From contig DAHUZE010000045.1 in NCBI GenBank assembly GCA_027306755.1, positions 317-64,316 on the forward strand: a DNA stretch of 64,000 bases, given 5' to 3'. The translations under genes were made by a program, and so were the position numbers. Each line of letters opens with the position of its first letter. Position 1 is the stretch's first letter. Positions 30,760-39,391 of the stretch are shown here, piece by piece. Below the pieces are notes generated by a model. That model had not been told where the DNA came from. It saw only the letters and a list, made by a program, of their open reading frames with translations, and did no database searches. This DNA is from Acidimicrobiaceae bacterium. GTDB lineage: Bacteria; Actinomycetota; Acidimicrobiia; Acidimicrobiales; RAAP-2.

Positions 30760-31697
30760 ACGTCCGCGTAGGAGAACCGGTGGTCGGCGTAGTCCTGGTC
30801 TACGAACTGCGCCACGGCGTGGTCGTGGTCGATCGCCTCGGGCATGTCGCCCGCGTCGACCCGGGCCCGCAGCTCGGCGCCCACCCGCCGCGACAGTGCG
30901 TCCGGGCTCGCCTCCAGCGCGGCCAGGGCGGCCAGGGCAAGGTCGCGCCGGTCGTAGCGCCAGGGAAGCAGGACGCGAACCCGCGCGGAATGCTCGAGCT
31001 CGCCCTCGCCGGCCAGGATCATCCCGTCTTCTGAGAGGCGCTTGTCGTGCAGCACCCGGGCGGTGGGGCGGTGGACCACCCGCCACCCGGCCAGCCGGGC
31101 GCGCCAGGAGAAGTCCACGTCGTCCCCGTGGAGGAAGAAGAGGTCGGTGTCGAACCCCCCGATGGCCCGGACCACGCTGGCGCGGGCCAGGAAGCAGGAT
31201 CCCGAGGCCCAGCTGGTGTCGCCGGTGCGGGGGTCATGGGCCTTGGGGTGCTCGAGCGGCAGCTGCCGGCCTTCGACGACCCCCACCGTCGGGTCGGCCA
31301 TCCCGGCAACCAGCTCGGTCACCATGCGGGGCGCGGCGTAGGTGTCGGGGTTGACCACGAGGACCAGGTCCTCGGTCATCGTCCGGAAGAGCCGGTTGTG
31401 GCCGCCGGCCGAGCCCAGGTTCGCCCCGAAGTGCAGGTAGCGCGACTCGTCGATCCCTCCGGGCACCAGGTCGTCTGCGGGCAGCGGCGTCGCCCCGCCG
31501 CCAGGGGCTCCCAGGACCGGCTCGGGCGAGCAGTCCCCGATCCACAGCGACGCCGAGCGGATGGCGCCGGCTCGACGCGCACCGGCGCACGCCGCAGCCA
31601 CCGCCTCGGCAAACCGGGTCATGGCGCCGGCCGGCGTCCGGTACAGCACGGTCTGGACCCGCAGGGAAGGGGGTGCCGCGTCGCCCGGCCCGGTCAC
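30756..31697 (-). CDS. family-2 glycosyltransferase (rhamnosyltransferase-like)
   Basis: NLGSAGGHNRL, LVVNPDTY, SGSCFLARASVVRAIGGFD, and FFLHGDDVDFSWRARLAGW. GTG 31697 overlaps the upstream stop (GTGA). Confidence 0.75.
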   Translation of the reverse strand: MTGPGDAAPPSLRVQTVLYRTPAGAMTRFAEAVAAACAGARRAGAIRSASLWIGDCSPEPVLGAPGGGATPLPADDLVPGGIDESRYLHFGANLGSAGGHNRLFRTMTEDLVLVVNPDTYAAPRMVTELVAGMADPTVGVVEGRQLPLEHPKAHDPRTGDTSWASGSCFLARASVVRAIGGFDTDLFFLHGDDVDFSWRARLAGWRVVHRPTARVLHDKRLSEDGMILAGEGELEHSARVRVLLPWRYDRRDLALAALAALEASPDALSRRVGAELRARVDAGDMPEAIDHDHAVAQFVDQDYADHRFSYADV

Positions 31698-32167
31698 CCG
31701 GGCTCGCCGATGTCCTCGTGCCACGTCTCGGGGTTGGCGGCAACGAACGACCCGAGCAGGGCGGCGCACTCCTCGTCGTCCACGACCGCCACCTCGACGC
31801 CGTGGTCGGCCAGCCACTCGTGGGCGCCGACGAACGTCCGCTGCTCGCCCACCACGAGGCCCCCGATCTCGAACTGCCGGATGAGCCCGCTGCAGTACCA
31901 GCACGGCGAGAGCGTGGACACCATCACGGTGTCCCGGTAGTCCCTCCGCCGTCCGGCGTTCCGGAAGGCGGCCGTCTCGGCGTGCAGCGACGGGTCGCCG
32001 TCTTGGACCCGCCGGTTGTGCCCACGCCCGAGCAGGGTTCCGTCACGGTGGAAGAGCGCGGCGCCGATGGGGATGCCGCCCTCCCCCAGCCCCGCGCGCG
32101 CCTCTTCCACCGCCACCCGCAGGTAGCGGCGCGCCTGCTCGTCGGTGATGCCCCTCGCCATGGTCAT
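31694..32167 (-). CDS. cytosine deaminase, yeast Fcy1-type (CMP/dCMP-deaminase zinc-binding superfamily)
   Basis: 157 aa. Zinc motifs HAETAAF and LSPCWYCSG. GGIPIGAAL..DGTLLGRGHN and the C-terminal WHEDIGE closely parallel S. cerevisiae Fcy1 as I remember it. Confidence 0.7.
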   Translation of the reverse strand: MTMARGITDEQARRYLRVAVEEARAGLGEGGIPIGAALFHRDGTLLGRGHNRRVQDGDPSLHAETAAFRNAGRRRDYRDTVMVSTLSPCWYCSGLIRQFEIGGLVVGEQRTFVGAHEWLADHGVEVAVVDDEECAALLGSFVAANPETWHEDIGEPG

Positions 32168-32170
32168 CGC

Positions 32171-33454
32171 TCAGCCTCCCAGAGCCTCGCCCGCAAACGG
32201 ATTGGCCGGCAAGCCGGCGCCGGTCAGCCGCTCGATCAGCAACCGCTCGTCGAGCGCCGGGAGCGAGTCGAAGCGGTGCAGGTGGTCGGGCCGCCAGAGG
32301 AATTCTGACGCATCGCTGAACCCGTCGTAGTGGACGTGCCATCCCCGCTCACGTTCGGCGGCGCTCCAGCGCCCCTGGCGCTCCCGTAGGACCTTGCGCC
32401 GGCCGTGCGCCGACGAGCGGATGGGGTAGTGGCGGTTCAAGAACTTGTAGGGGAAGATGCGGCGGCCGGCGAACGACGTGTCGTGCCCCCCGGTTGCGGC
32501 GAAGCGCACCGGGATCGGCTGGGGCTTCCACGCCTTGCGCTGGACGAAGTCGGCTTGGACTCCGGCGCCGAACTCGAACCACGAGAAGCTCTCGGCGAGG
32601 GAACGGCTGCCGTCCCACGTATCGGCCACGGGGCGGAAGTTCATGACCGTGAAGTCCGCGCAGTTGAAGCCGAAGCGGTCCAGGGCGAAGAGGGCCCGGC
32701 GGAGCGATACCCCGGGCCAGGGAGATTGGCGGATCTCGTCCGCATCCTGGTTCACCACCCAGTCCGCCCCCGAGGAGTGCGCCACCTGTTCCACCCGGGA
32801 CAGGATCGCCTCGAGCTCGAAGGTCCCCGAGGACCCCCCCGCCGGGAACCGCTCGACGGTCAGGCCGGGGTCTGCGGCCGCCCGGCGCACGAGAGCCTCG
32901 TGCGTGCCGTCGGTCGACCAGTTGTCGATGACGTGCACGCGGACCTGGTCCTCCCGCAGCGTGTCCAGGACGTCCTCCACGATGTCCGACTCGTTGAACG
33001 TGGCCATCACGGCCAGCACGTCGAACTCTGCCGGCGTCGCCTCGAGCGTGCTCGGGTCCCAACGGTCGAGCAGGGTGACTGCCACGCTGGCCGCCGGGCC
33101 GCGCCCCGCCCGGCCGCGCAGCGACGGGCGCAGCCCCGTACGCCGGGCGACGCGCTCGAGCCAGCGGGGCGACGGCTCCCCGGCGCACACCGCCACCCCC
33201 GCCTCGGCCGGAGGGATGCGGGGCCGTCGGACGATGACGCTGGCGCTCCCCGCGCCCGCCGCGCCAAGCGTCCGGTCCAGGTACGCACCGAGGGCCGCCA
33301 CGAGCGCGCCGGGGTCCGCCGGGCCGATGGGCGTCCCCTGGCGGCCGCTCGGCTTGGGTCCGCCCGAGCCGTCGGGTGCAACCCCAAGGTCGCCGGGCCG
33401 CCGGACCGCGAAGGCCGGTCGTTGCGACTGCGCAGGGGTCCCGGTGGGGCGCAT
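32171..33454 (-). CDS. family-2 glycosyltransferase with ~140-aa N-terminal extension
   Basis: VLAVMATFNESDIVEDVL, VIDNWSTDGT, and NQDADE (a DxD-like motif). C-terminal FLNRHYPIRS...GWHVHY as seen in polysaccharide-cluster GT2s. ATG 33454. Confidence 0.7.
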   Translation of the reverse strand: MRPTGTPAQSQRPAFAVRRPGDLGVAPDGSGGPKPSGRQGTPIGPADPGALVAALGAYLDRTLGAAGAGSASVIVRRPRIPPAEAGVAVCAGEPSPRWLERVARRTGLRPSLRGRAGRGPAASVAVTLLDRWDPSTLEATPAEFDVLAVMATFNESDIVEDVLDTLREDQVRVHVIDNWSTDGTHEALVRRAAADPGLTVERFPAGGSSGTFELEAILSRVEQVAHSSGADWVVNQDADEIRQSPWPGVSLRRALFALDRFGFNCADFTVMNFRPVADTWDGSRSLAESFSWFEFGAGVQADFVQRKAWKPQPIPVRFAATGGHDTSFAGRRIFPYKFLNRHYPIRSSAHGRRKVLRERQGRWSAAERERGWHVHYDGFSDASEFLWRPDHLHRFDSLPALDERLLIERLTGAGLPANPFAGEALGG

Positions 33455-33513
33455 GCCCCGATCGTACGGCGGCCGCCGGGGTACCCGGCGTGACCGCGGC
33501 CCGCGAGCCGGCG

Positions 33514-35094
33514 TCAGCTGGTGCCGTCCTCCTTCACGATGCGCCGCGCCACATGCTCGCCGATATGGTCCAGCTCTTTGTTCCATGACCACTGGTCGGC
33601 GCCGGCCGGCGGATCGAGCGCCGCGTCCGGGCCGAGCAGCCGCCGCACGGCGGCCTCCAGTGCCTGCGGCGTGGAGGCGCCCACGCACGTGACGGTGCCG
33701 TCGGTGTCCACCAGGATGTTGGTGGGCACCCCGCGGATCCCCAACTGCCTGGCGAAGGAGCCGTCGGGGTCCACCAGGACGGGGCCGCCGACACCCCAGA
33801 GCTCACAGAATTGCCGCGCCTCGGTGAAGGGGTCGACCCCTTCCCAGACGTTCACCAGGATCACTTCCAGACCAGACCGGCCTGCACGTTTGCGCAGATC
33901 TTCGATGATCGGCGCCTCCGCGTTGCAGGGGCCTCACCAGCTGGCGAAGACGTTCACCACGTACTTGCGCCCGGCCCACTCGCCGAGGTCGCGCAGCTCC
34001 TCGGTCCACAGGTCGACCAGCGGGATCGCCGGGAGAGGTCGCCCGACGAGGGGGTGCTCCACCTCCTCGAGCACGGTGGGGGGAGGCCCCTCCAGCAGGT
34101 CGTCCACCACCGTCACCGACCCCGACCCGGCATTGGCGACGAGGAGCCGCCCGCGCCGGGTCGGATGCTCGGTCACGCCCCCCGGCGCCGCGCCCACCGG
34201 GATGCGCGACCACTCGGCGCCGTCCAAGCCGAGCACGCTGACGCTGCCGTCGCCCCGGTTGGCCACGTAGAGCCGGTCGCCGTCCTGGCCCATGGTGAGC
34301 CCCACGGGGGCGTTCGGGACCACCAGCTCGGCCCGCACGGCCTGGGCCTCGGGGTCCAGGCGGCTGACCGTGCTGGCGAGAGAGTCGGCGATGAAGGCGT
34401 CCCCGCTGGCGTTGTCGACCCCGATGGCGCAGGGCCCCTGGCGCAGCGGGACCTGGCCGAGCACCTCGAGCCGCTCGGCGTCCACGATGGTCACCGAGGA
34501 GGCGACGAAGTTGACGCAGAAGACGCGGTCCCGTTGCCCGTCCACGGCGATGGCGCCCGCGCCCAGCTCGGCGGGCACGGCGGCGATGCGCTCCAACCGG
34601 TCCAGGTCGATCACGCTCATGGTGCAGCCGACGGCGTCCCCGCAGTAGAGCCGGCGCCGGTCCTCGTCGATCTCCAGCCCCGCCGGGTAGGACCCGACGG
34701 GAATCGTGGTGACCACCTCGTTGGTGGCGGTGTCGATCACCGACACCTGGTCCGATCGGGCGTCAGCAGTGAAGACCCGGCCGGTGCGGGTGTCCAGCGA
34801 GATGTCGATGGGCTCGGCGCCCACCTCCCCCGTGGCCACCACCGCGGCCCGCTCGACGTCCACCACGGAAACGGAGTTGGACCGCGAGCAGGCGACGTAG
34901 GCCAATCCGGTGCGGCGGTCGACGATCACGCCCTCGGGATCGAGCCCCACCACCACCTCTCCGTGGTAGGCGTAGGGCACCGGGCCGCTGCCGGTGATGC
35001 GGCAGCTCGGGCCGCTGGCCACGACGGGCACGCCGCCCCCCCGGGCATCTGTCTGGCCGTCCGCCTCCGTGGGGCCGGCTGGCACCGCCTGCAT
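33514..35094 (-). CDS. predicted selenoprotein: YVTN beta-propeller fused to a TlpA/ResA-like thioredoxin-fold domain with a U-x-x-C redox motif (in-frame UGA at 33936..33934)
   Basis: Tracked ORFs 33934..35445 and 33514..33864 share a frame. The 23 intervening codons were hand-translated and contain no stop. The joined sequence reads ...KYVVNVFASW-U-GPCNAEAPIIEDLRKRAGRSGLEVILVNVWEG... There are 7-8 YVTN-type blades. ATG 35094 has AAAGGAG 5 nt upstream. The gene is divergent from selA by 120 bp, and a SECIS-like hairpin follows the UGA. Confidence 0.75.
33881..33929 (-). promoter_or_regulatory. candidate bacterial SECIS hairpin, +5 to +53 nt after the UGA
   Basis: Lower helix: CCUGCA(+5..+10) pairs with UGCAGG(+48..+53), plus CG/CG. 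Apical helix: GCGCCGAUC(+19..+27) pairs with GAUCUGCGC(+34..+42), 8 of 9 pairs. Loop AUCGAA(+28..+33) contains G and U. Folded by eye only. Confidence 0.45.
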
Positions 35095-35214
35095 CGAGTC
35101 TCCTTTCGCGCCCTGGTCGCTGCCCGCCCCGTCGTGGCCGACCACGCACGGGCACCCGCCACCCGGCCTGCCTGGCTGGGCATTCGGGGCGCAGGCGGAG
35201 CATGCTAGGGCACG

Positions 35215-36510
35215 ATGACCGACGACGCGCCGCCGCCCTCCGTCGACGCGCTGGCGCGGTCCATCGCCGACGTGGCCCTGCCGCACCCGCTGCTCGTGGC
35301 GGCGGCGCGCGAGGCGGTGGCCGCGGGGGACCCCGGGTCCGCCCGTGCCCGGGCCGAGCGGCGCGCCCGCGGCCTGCTCCGCCCGGTGGTCAACGCCACC
35401 GGGGTGCTCCTCCACACCAATTTGGGTCGGGCGGCGCTCGGCCACAGCCAGGAGCCCGGCGCCTGGAACCTGGAGCTGGACCTGGAGACGGGGGCCCGCG
35501 GGTCACGGCGGAGCCACGCGGCAGCCCTGGTGGCGCTGGCAGCCGGGGCGGAGGACGCCCTGGTCGTGAACAACGGCGCCGGCGCCGTCCTGCTGGCGCT
35601 CTCGGTGGTGGCGGGGGGGCTCCCGGTGCTCGTGAGCCGCGGGGAGCTGGTGGAGATCGGCGGCGGGTTCCGTGTCCCCGACGTGTGCGCCGTTTCCGGA
35701 GCGCTCATGGTGGAGGTCGGGACGACCAACCGGACCCGCCGCACCGACTACGAGCGCGCGCTGGCCGCACACCCCGGCGCCGGGGCGATCCTGAAGGTGC
35801 ACCCCTCTAATTTCCGGGTCCAGGGCTTCACCGAATCCGTTGCGGTCTCCGAGTTGGCGCCGCTCGGGCCGCCCGTCGTGTGCGACCTGGGCTCGGGACT
35901 GCTGGACGAGCGGACGCCGTGGCTGGACGGCCCGCCGCCCTCCTGGCTCGCCGGCGAGCCCGCTGCCCGCCAGACGCTGTCCGCCGGCGCCGCGCTGGTG
36001 ACGTTCTCGGGCGACAAGCTGCTGGGCGGCCCGCAGGCGGGCGTCATCGCCGGGCGCGCGGACCTTGTGGCGGCCTGCGCCCGCCACCCGCTGGCGCGGG
36101 CCCTGCGCCCGGGCGGGCTGGTGCTGGCGGCCCTGCAGGCCACCCTGCTCTCCTACCTTCGCCGGGATGGCCAGGCCATCCCCTTCTGGCGGATGGCCAC
36201 GGCCCCCGAGGCGGCAGTCGAAGCCCGGGCCGAGGCGGTGGCGGGGGCCCTGGGCCGCGCCGGGGTGCGGGCCGACGCCGTCCGCTGCACGGCCGTGGCC
36301 GGGGGAGGATCGGTGCCCGGGCTCGGGATCCCCTCCGCCGGCGTGGCGGTCGACGGCGATCACCGGGCGTCGCTGCGGCGGCACGACCCTCCCGTGATGG
36401 CGCGGATGGAAGCGGGCCGTACGCTGTGCGACTTGCGCAGCGTGGACCCGTCCTTGGACCAGGTGCTCGTGGAGGCGGTGGGCGCCGCGGTCGCCGGCGG
36501 GAAGCGCTGA
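35215..36510 (+). CDS. selA: L-seryl-tRNA(Sec) selenium transferase
   Basis: SRGELVEIGGGFRVPDV and the PLP-lysine motif FSGDKLLGGPQAG. Followed by selB. Confidence 0.9.
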   Translation: MTDDAPPPSVDALARSIADVALPHPLLVAAAREAVAAGDPGSARARAERRARGLLRPVVNATGVLLHTNLGRAALGHSQEPGAWNLELDLETGARGSRRSHAAALVALAAGAEDALVVNNGAGAVLLALSVVAGGLPVLVSRGELVEIGGGFRVPDVCAVSGALMVEVGTTNRTRRTDYERALAAHPGAGAILKVHPSNFRVQGFTESVAVSELAPLGPPVVCDLGSGLLDERTPWLDGPPPSWLAGEPAARQTLSAGAALVTFSGDKLLGGPQAGVIAGRADLVAACARHPLARALRPGGLVLAALQATLLSYLRRDGQAIPFWRMATAPEAAVEARAEAVAGALGRAGVRADAVRCTAVAGGGSVPGLGIPSAGVAVDGDHRASLRRHDPPVMARMEAGRTLCDLRSVDPSLDQVLVEAVGAAVAGGKR

Positions 36511-36514
36511 GCCG

Positions 36515-38350
36515 GTGCACGTCGTCGCCACCGCCGGGCACGTGGACCACGGGAAGTCGACCCTGGTCCGGGCCCTCACGGGCACGGACCCGGACCGCCT
36601 GGCCGAGGAGAAGGCCCGCGGGCTCACGATCGACCTCGGCTTCGCCTGGACGGCGCTCCCTTCGGGACGCGAGCTGGCGTTCGTGGACGTGCCCGGCCAT
36701 GTGCGGTTCCTCAAGAACATGCTGGCCGGCGTGGGCGGTGTGGACGCCTGCCTCTTCGTCGTGGACGCCACGGAAGGGTGGAAGCCCCAGTCCGAGGAGC
36801 ACCTGCGGATCCTGGACCTCCTGGGGGTAGCCCACGGGGTAGTTGCCCTGACCCGGGCCGGCGCGCCGGGCGGCGTGGATGGGGACGACCGGGCCGAGCT
36901 GGTGGAGCTGGCCCGGCTGGAGGTTGAGGAGCGCATGGCCGGAACCGCGCTGGCCGGCGCCCCCATCGTGGCCGTCGACGCTCCCGCCGGCCGGGGCCTT
37001 GCGGAGCTGGCCGGGGCCTTGGACCAGATGCTGGCGGCCACGCCCGAAGCGGCGGACCGCGACCGGCCCCGGCTGTGGATCGACCGCAGCTTCGTGCTTC
37101 GGGGCACCGGGACCGTCGTCACCGGCACGCTGACCGGTGGCCGCCTGACCGTCGGGGACCGGCGCGAGGTGGTGCCCGGGCCCGGGCCGTCCTTGGAGGC
37201 CCGCCCGCTCCGGGTGCGGGGGCTCCAGAGCATGGAGCAGAGCGTGGAGGTGGTGGGCCCCGGTCGGCGGGTAGCCGTCAACGTGACCGGCGTGGCCCAG
37301 GGAGACCGGGGGACCGTCCACCGCGGGGACCTGGTCCGGGGGGCGGCCCTCGTGCGGCCCCTCCAGTGGGAGGCGGCGCTGGTGTTCGACGCCACGCTCA
37401 CCCTCCTTCCGTCGGCCCCGTCGCCCATCGGGCGCAACGGCCGCGGCGCCTTCCACGCCTACGTGGGCTCGGGCGAGCATCCCGTGCGGCTCCGCCTCCT
37501 CGGGAGCGAGGCGCTGGAGCCGGGACAGCACGGCTGCGTGCGGCTCCGGTTCCCGGTGCCGCTCGCGCTCATGCCGGGAGACCGCTACATCCTGCGGGAC
37601 GCCGGCAGGGCGGCCACCATCGGCGGGGGGACCGTCCTGGACGTGGCGCCCGTGCTGCGCCCGTCCCGGGCGCGCCCGGACCGCTCGGTGGACCGGGTGG
37701 TGGCCGAGCGCGGCTGGGTGGACGCAGCGCTGCTCGAGCGGCTGACGGGGGAGCGGCGGGCGCCCACGGCGGGCGACCGGTGGGTTGTCGACCCCGCGGC
37801 GATGGCCGCGGCGACCGGCTCGGTCCGGGCCAAGGTGCGAGACGCCGGTCCTCTCGGGCTGGACCTGGGCGAGCTGGACGAGCGCGGCCGGGTGGCGCTG
37901 GGCGAGCTGGTGCGCACCGGCGACGTGGCGATGGACCGGGGCCGGGCCGTGGCGGCGACCGACGCAGCCGCCGGGACTGCGGGCGCCACGCTGGCCCGGC
38001 ACCCGTTCCTGCGGTTGCTGGACGAGTCGCCGTTCGCGCCTCCGGACCCGGCGGCGGCCGGTGTGGACCGCTCGGAGCTCGGCCACCTCGTGCGCTCGGG
38101 TCTGGTGGTCGAACGGGACGGCCACTACTTCTCGCAGCAGGCGGTCGACCGGGCGGCCGGCGTGGTCGCCGCCCTGCTGGCTGACCACCCTCAAGGGGTG
38201 ACGGTCTCGGTCGTGCGTACCGCGCTCGGGAGCACCCGCAAGCATGTCGTCCCGCTCCTGGCCCTCCTGGACGCCCTCGGCGTCACCCGCCGCCGCGGTG
38301 ACCTCCGGATCGGCGGTCCGCGTCTCCCGGCCCCGGTGGGCGGCCCATGA
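36515..38350 (+). CDS. selB: selenocysteine-specific translation elongation factor
   Basis: G-domain motifs ATAGHVDHGKSTL and FVDVPGH. An EF-Tu-like domain II/III is followed by a long winged-helix-like C-terminal extension. GTG lies 4 nt after the selA stop. Confidence 0.9.
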   Translation: MHVVATAGHVDHGKSTLVRALTGTDPDRLAEEKARGLTIDLGFAWTALPSGRELAFVDVPGHVRFLKNMLAGVGGVDACLFVVDATEGWKPQSEEHLRILDLLGVAHGVVALTRAGAPGGVDGDDRAELVELARLEVEERMAGTALAGAPIVAVDAPAGRGLAELAGALDQMLAATPEAADRDRPRLWIDRSFVLRGTGTVVTGTLTGGRLTVGDRREVVPGPGPSLEARPLRVRGLQSMEQSVEVVGPGRRVAVNVTGVAQGDRGTVHRGDLVRGAALVRPLQWEAALVFDATLTLLPSAPSPIGRNGRGAFHAYVGSGEHPVRLRLLGSEALEPGQHGCVRLRFPVPLALMPGDRYILRDAGRAATIGGGTVLDVAPVLRPSRARPDRSVDRVVAERGWVDAALLERLTGERRAPTAGDRWVVDPAAMAAATGSVRAKVRDAGPLGLDLGELDERGRVALGELVRTGDVAMDRGRAVAATDAAAGTAGATLARHPFLRLLDESPFAPPDPAAAGVDRSELGHLVRSGLVVERDGHYFSQQAVDRAAGVVAALLADHPQGVTVSVVRTALGSTRKHVVPLLALLDALGVTRRRGDLRIGGPRLPAPVGGP

Positions 38351-39345
38351 TCCGCCTGACCCAGACCGCGCCGGGCGGGGGGTGCTCGTGCAAGATCGCC
38401 CCGGGAATGCTGGAGCGCCTGCTGGCGGCGGCGGGATCGGGCATCGGCGCCGTCCCGGCGCCGGGGGGGGATCTCGTGTGCGGCACGGAGCACGGGGACG
38501 ACGCGGCCGTCGTCCGCCTGGACGGGTCCACCAGGGGCATCGTGTCCACGACGGACTTCTTCCCCCCGGTGGTGGACGACGCCTTCGACTGGGGCCGGAT
38601 CGCAGCGGCCAACGCGCTCTCCGACGTGTACGCGATGGGCGGCGAGCCGCTGGTTGCCCTCAGCCTGCTGGCGTGGCCGGTGGGCGAGCTGCCCGACGAG
38701 CTGGCCGTGGAGGTGCTGCGCGGCGGGCTGGCCGTGGCGGCGGAAGCGGCGTGCCCGATCGCCGGCGGCCATTCGATCACGGACACCACGCCCAAGTACG
38801 GCCTGGCCGTCACCGGCACGGTGGATCTCGACCACCTCCTGCGAAACGACCGCGCCCGGCCGGGCGACCCCCTGTCGCTGACCAAGCCGATCGGCGTGGG
38901 CGTGCTCAACGCCCGGCACAAGGCGACGGGTGAGCGGTTCGATCAGGCCGTGCGCCTGATGACCACCCTCAACCGCGACGCCGCCCGGGCGGCCGTCGCC
39001 GCCGGCGCGATCGCGGCTACCGACGTCACCGGGTTCGGCCTCCTCGGGCACCTCTTCAAGATGGTCCGGGCCAGCGGGGTGGCGGCCGTGGTGGACGCCG
39101 CCGCGGTGCCGGTGCTGGACGGCGCCCGGGAGTCGCTGGCCGAGGGGTACGTGCCCGGCGGTTCGCGCCGCAACCTGGAGTGGGTGCGGCCGCACCTCGC
39201 CTCCGGGCTGACCGAGGAGGAGCTTGTGCTGCTGGCGGACGCCCAGACGTCCGGCGGCCTGCTCGTGGCAGCCGAGATCCCCGGCTCGCCGGTGATCGGA
39301 GAGGTGGTGGCCGCGGGGGACGGCCCGGCTCTCCGGATCCGCTGA
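38347..39345 (+). CDS. selD: selenide, water dikinase (selenophosphate synthetase), Cys-type
   Basis: N-terminal MIRLTQTAPGGGCSCKIAPG (Cys rather than Sec at the catalytic position). AIR-synthase-like body DDAAVVRL...TTDFFPPVVDD. ATGA overlap with selB. Confidence 0.9.
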   Translation: MIRLTQTAPGGGCSCKIAPGMLERLLAAAGSGIGAVPAPGGDLVCGTEHGDDAAVVRLDGSTRGIVSTTDFFPPVVDDAFDWGRIAAANALSDVYAMGGEPLVALSLLAWPVGELPDELAVEVLRGGLAVAAEAACPIAGGHSITDTTPKYGLAVTGTVDLDHLLRNDRARPGDPLSLTKPIGVGVLNARHKATGERFDQAVRLMTTLNRDAARAAVAAGAIAATDVTGFGLLGHLFKMVRASGVAAVVDAAAVPVLDGARESLAEGYVPGGSRRNLEWVRPHLASGLTEEELVLLADAQTSGGLLVAAEIPGSPVIGEVVAAGDGPALRIR

Positions 39346-39354
39346 CGGGCCGGA

Positions 39355-39383
39355 TTGCCACCGGCGGCCATCGCCCGTAGTGT
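39355..39383 (+). promoter_or_regulatory. candidate promoter for tRNA(Sec): TTGCCA-17 nt-TAGTGT
   Basis: Hexamers at 39355..39360 and 39378..39383. The -10 ends 8 nt before the tRNA 5' end. Confidence 0.4.
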
Positions 39384-39391
39384 CCGTCGGC

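Noticed and set aside
33934-33936. Reading the TGA as a genuine stop, giving either a propeller-only protein plus a separate 116-aa thioredoxin fragment, or a nonsense-mutated pseudogene
   Set aside because: The stop would cut the thioredoxin fold one residue before its active site, and the downstream piece would lack the W-C-x-x-C N-terminal half. The position coincides with the redox Cys, a hairpin follows, and the full Sec machinery is adjacent. A pseudogene cannot be fully excluded without comparative or experimental data.
35095-35445. N-terminal 117 codons of tracked ORF 33934..35445
   Set aside because: They overlap the selA start on the opposite strand, are Arg/Gly-rich, and lack an RBS. 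ATG 35094 has AAAGGAG at the proper spacing.
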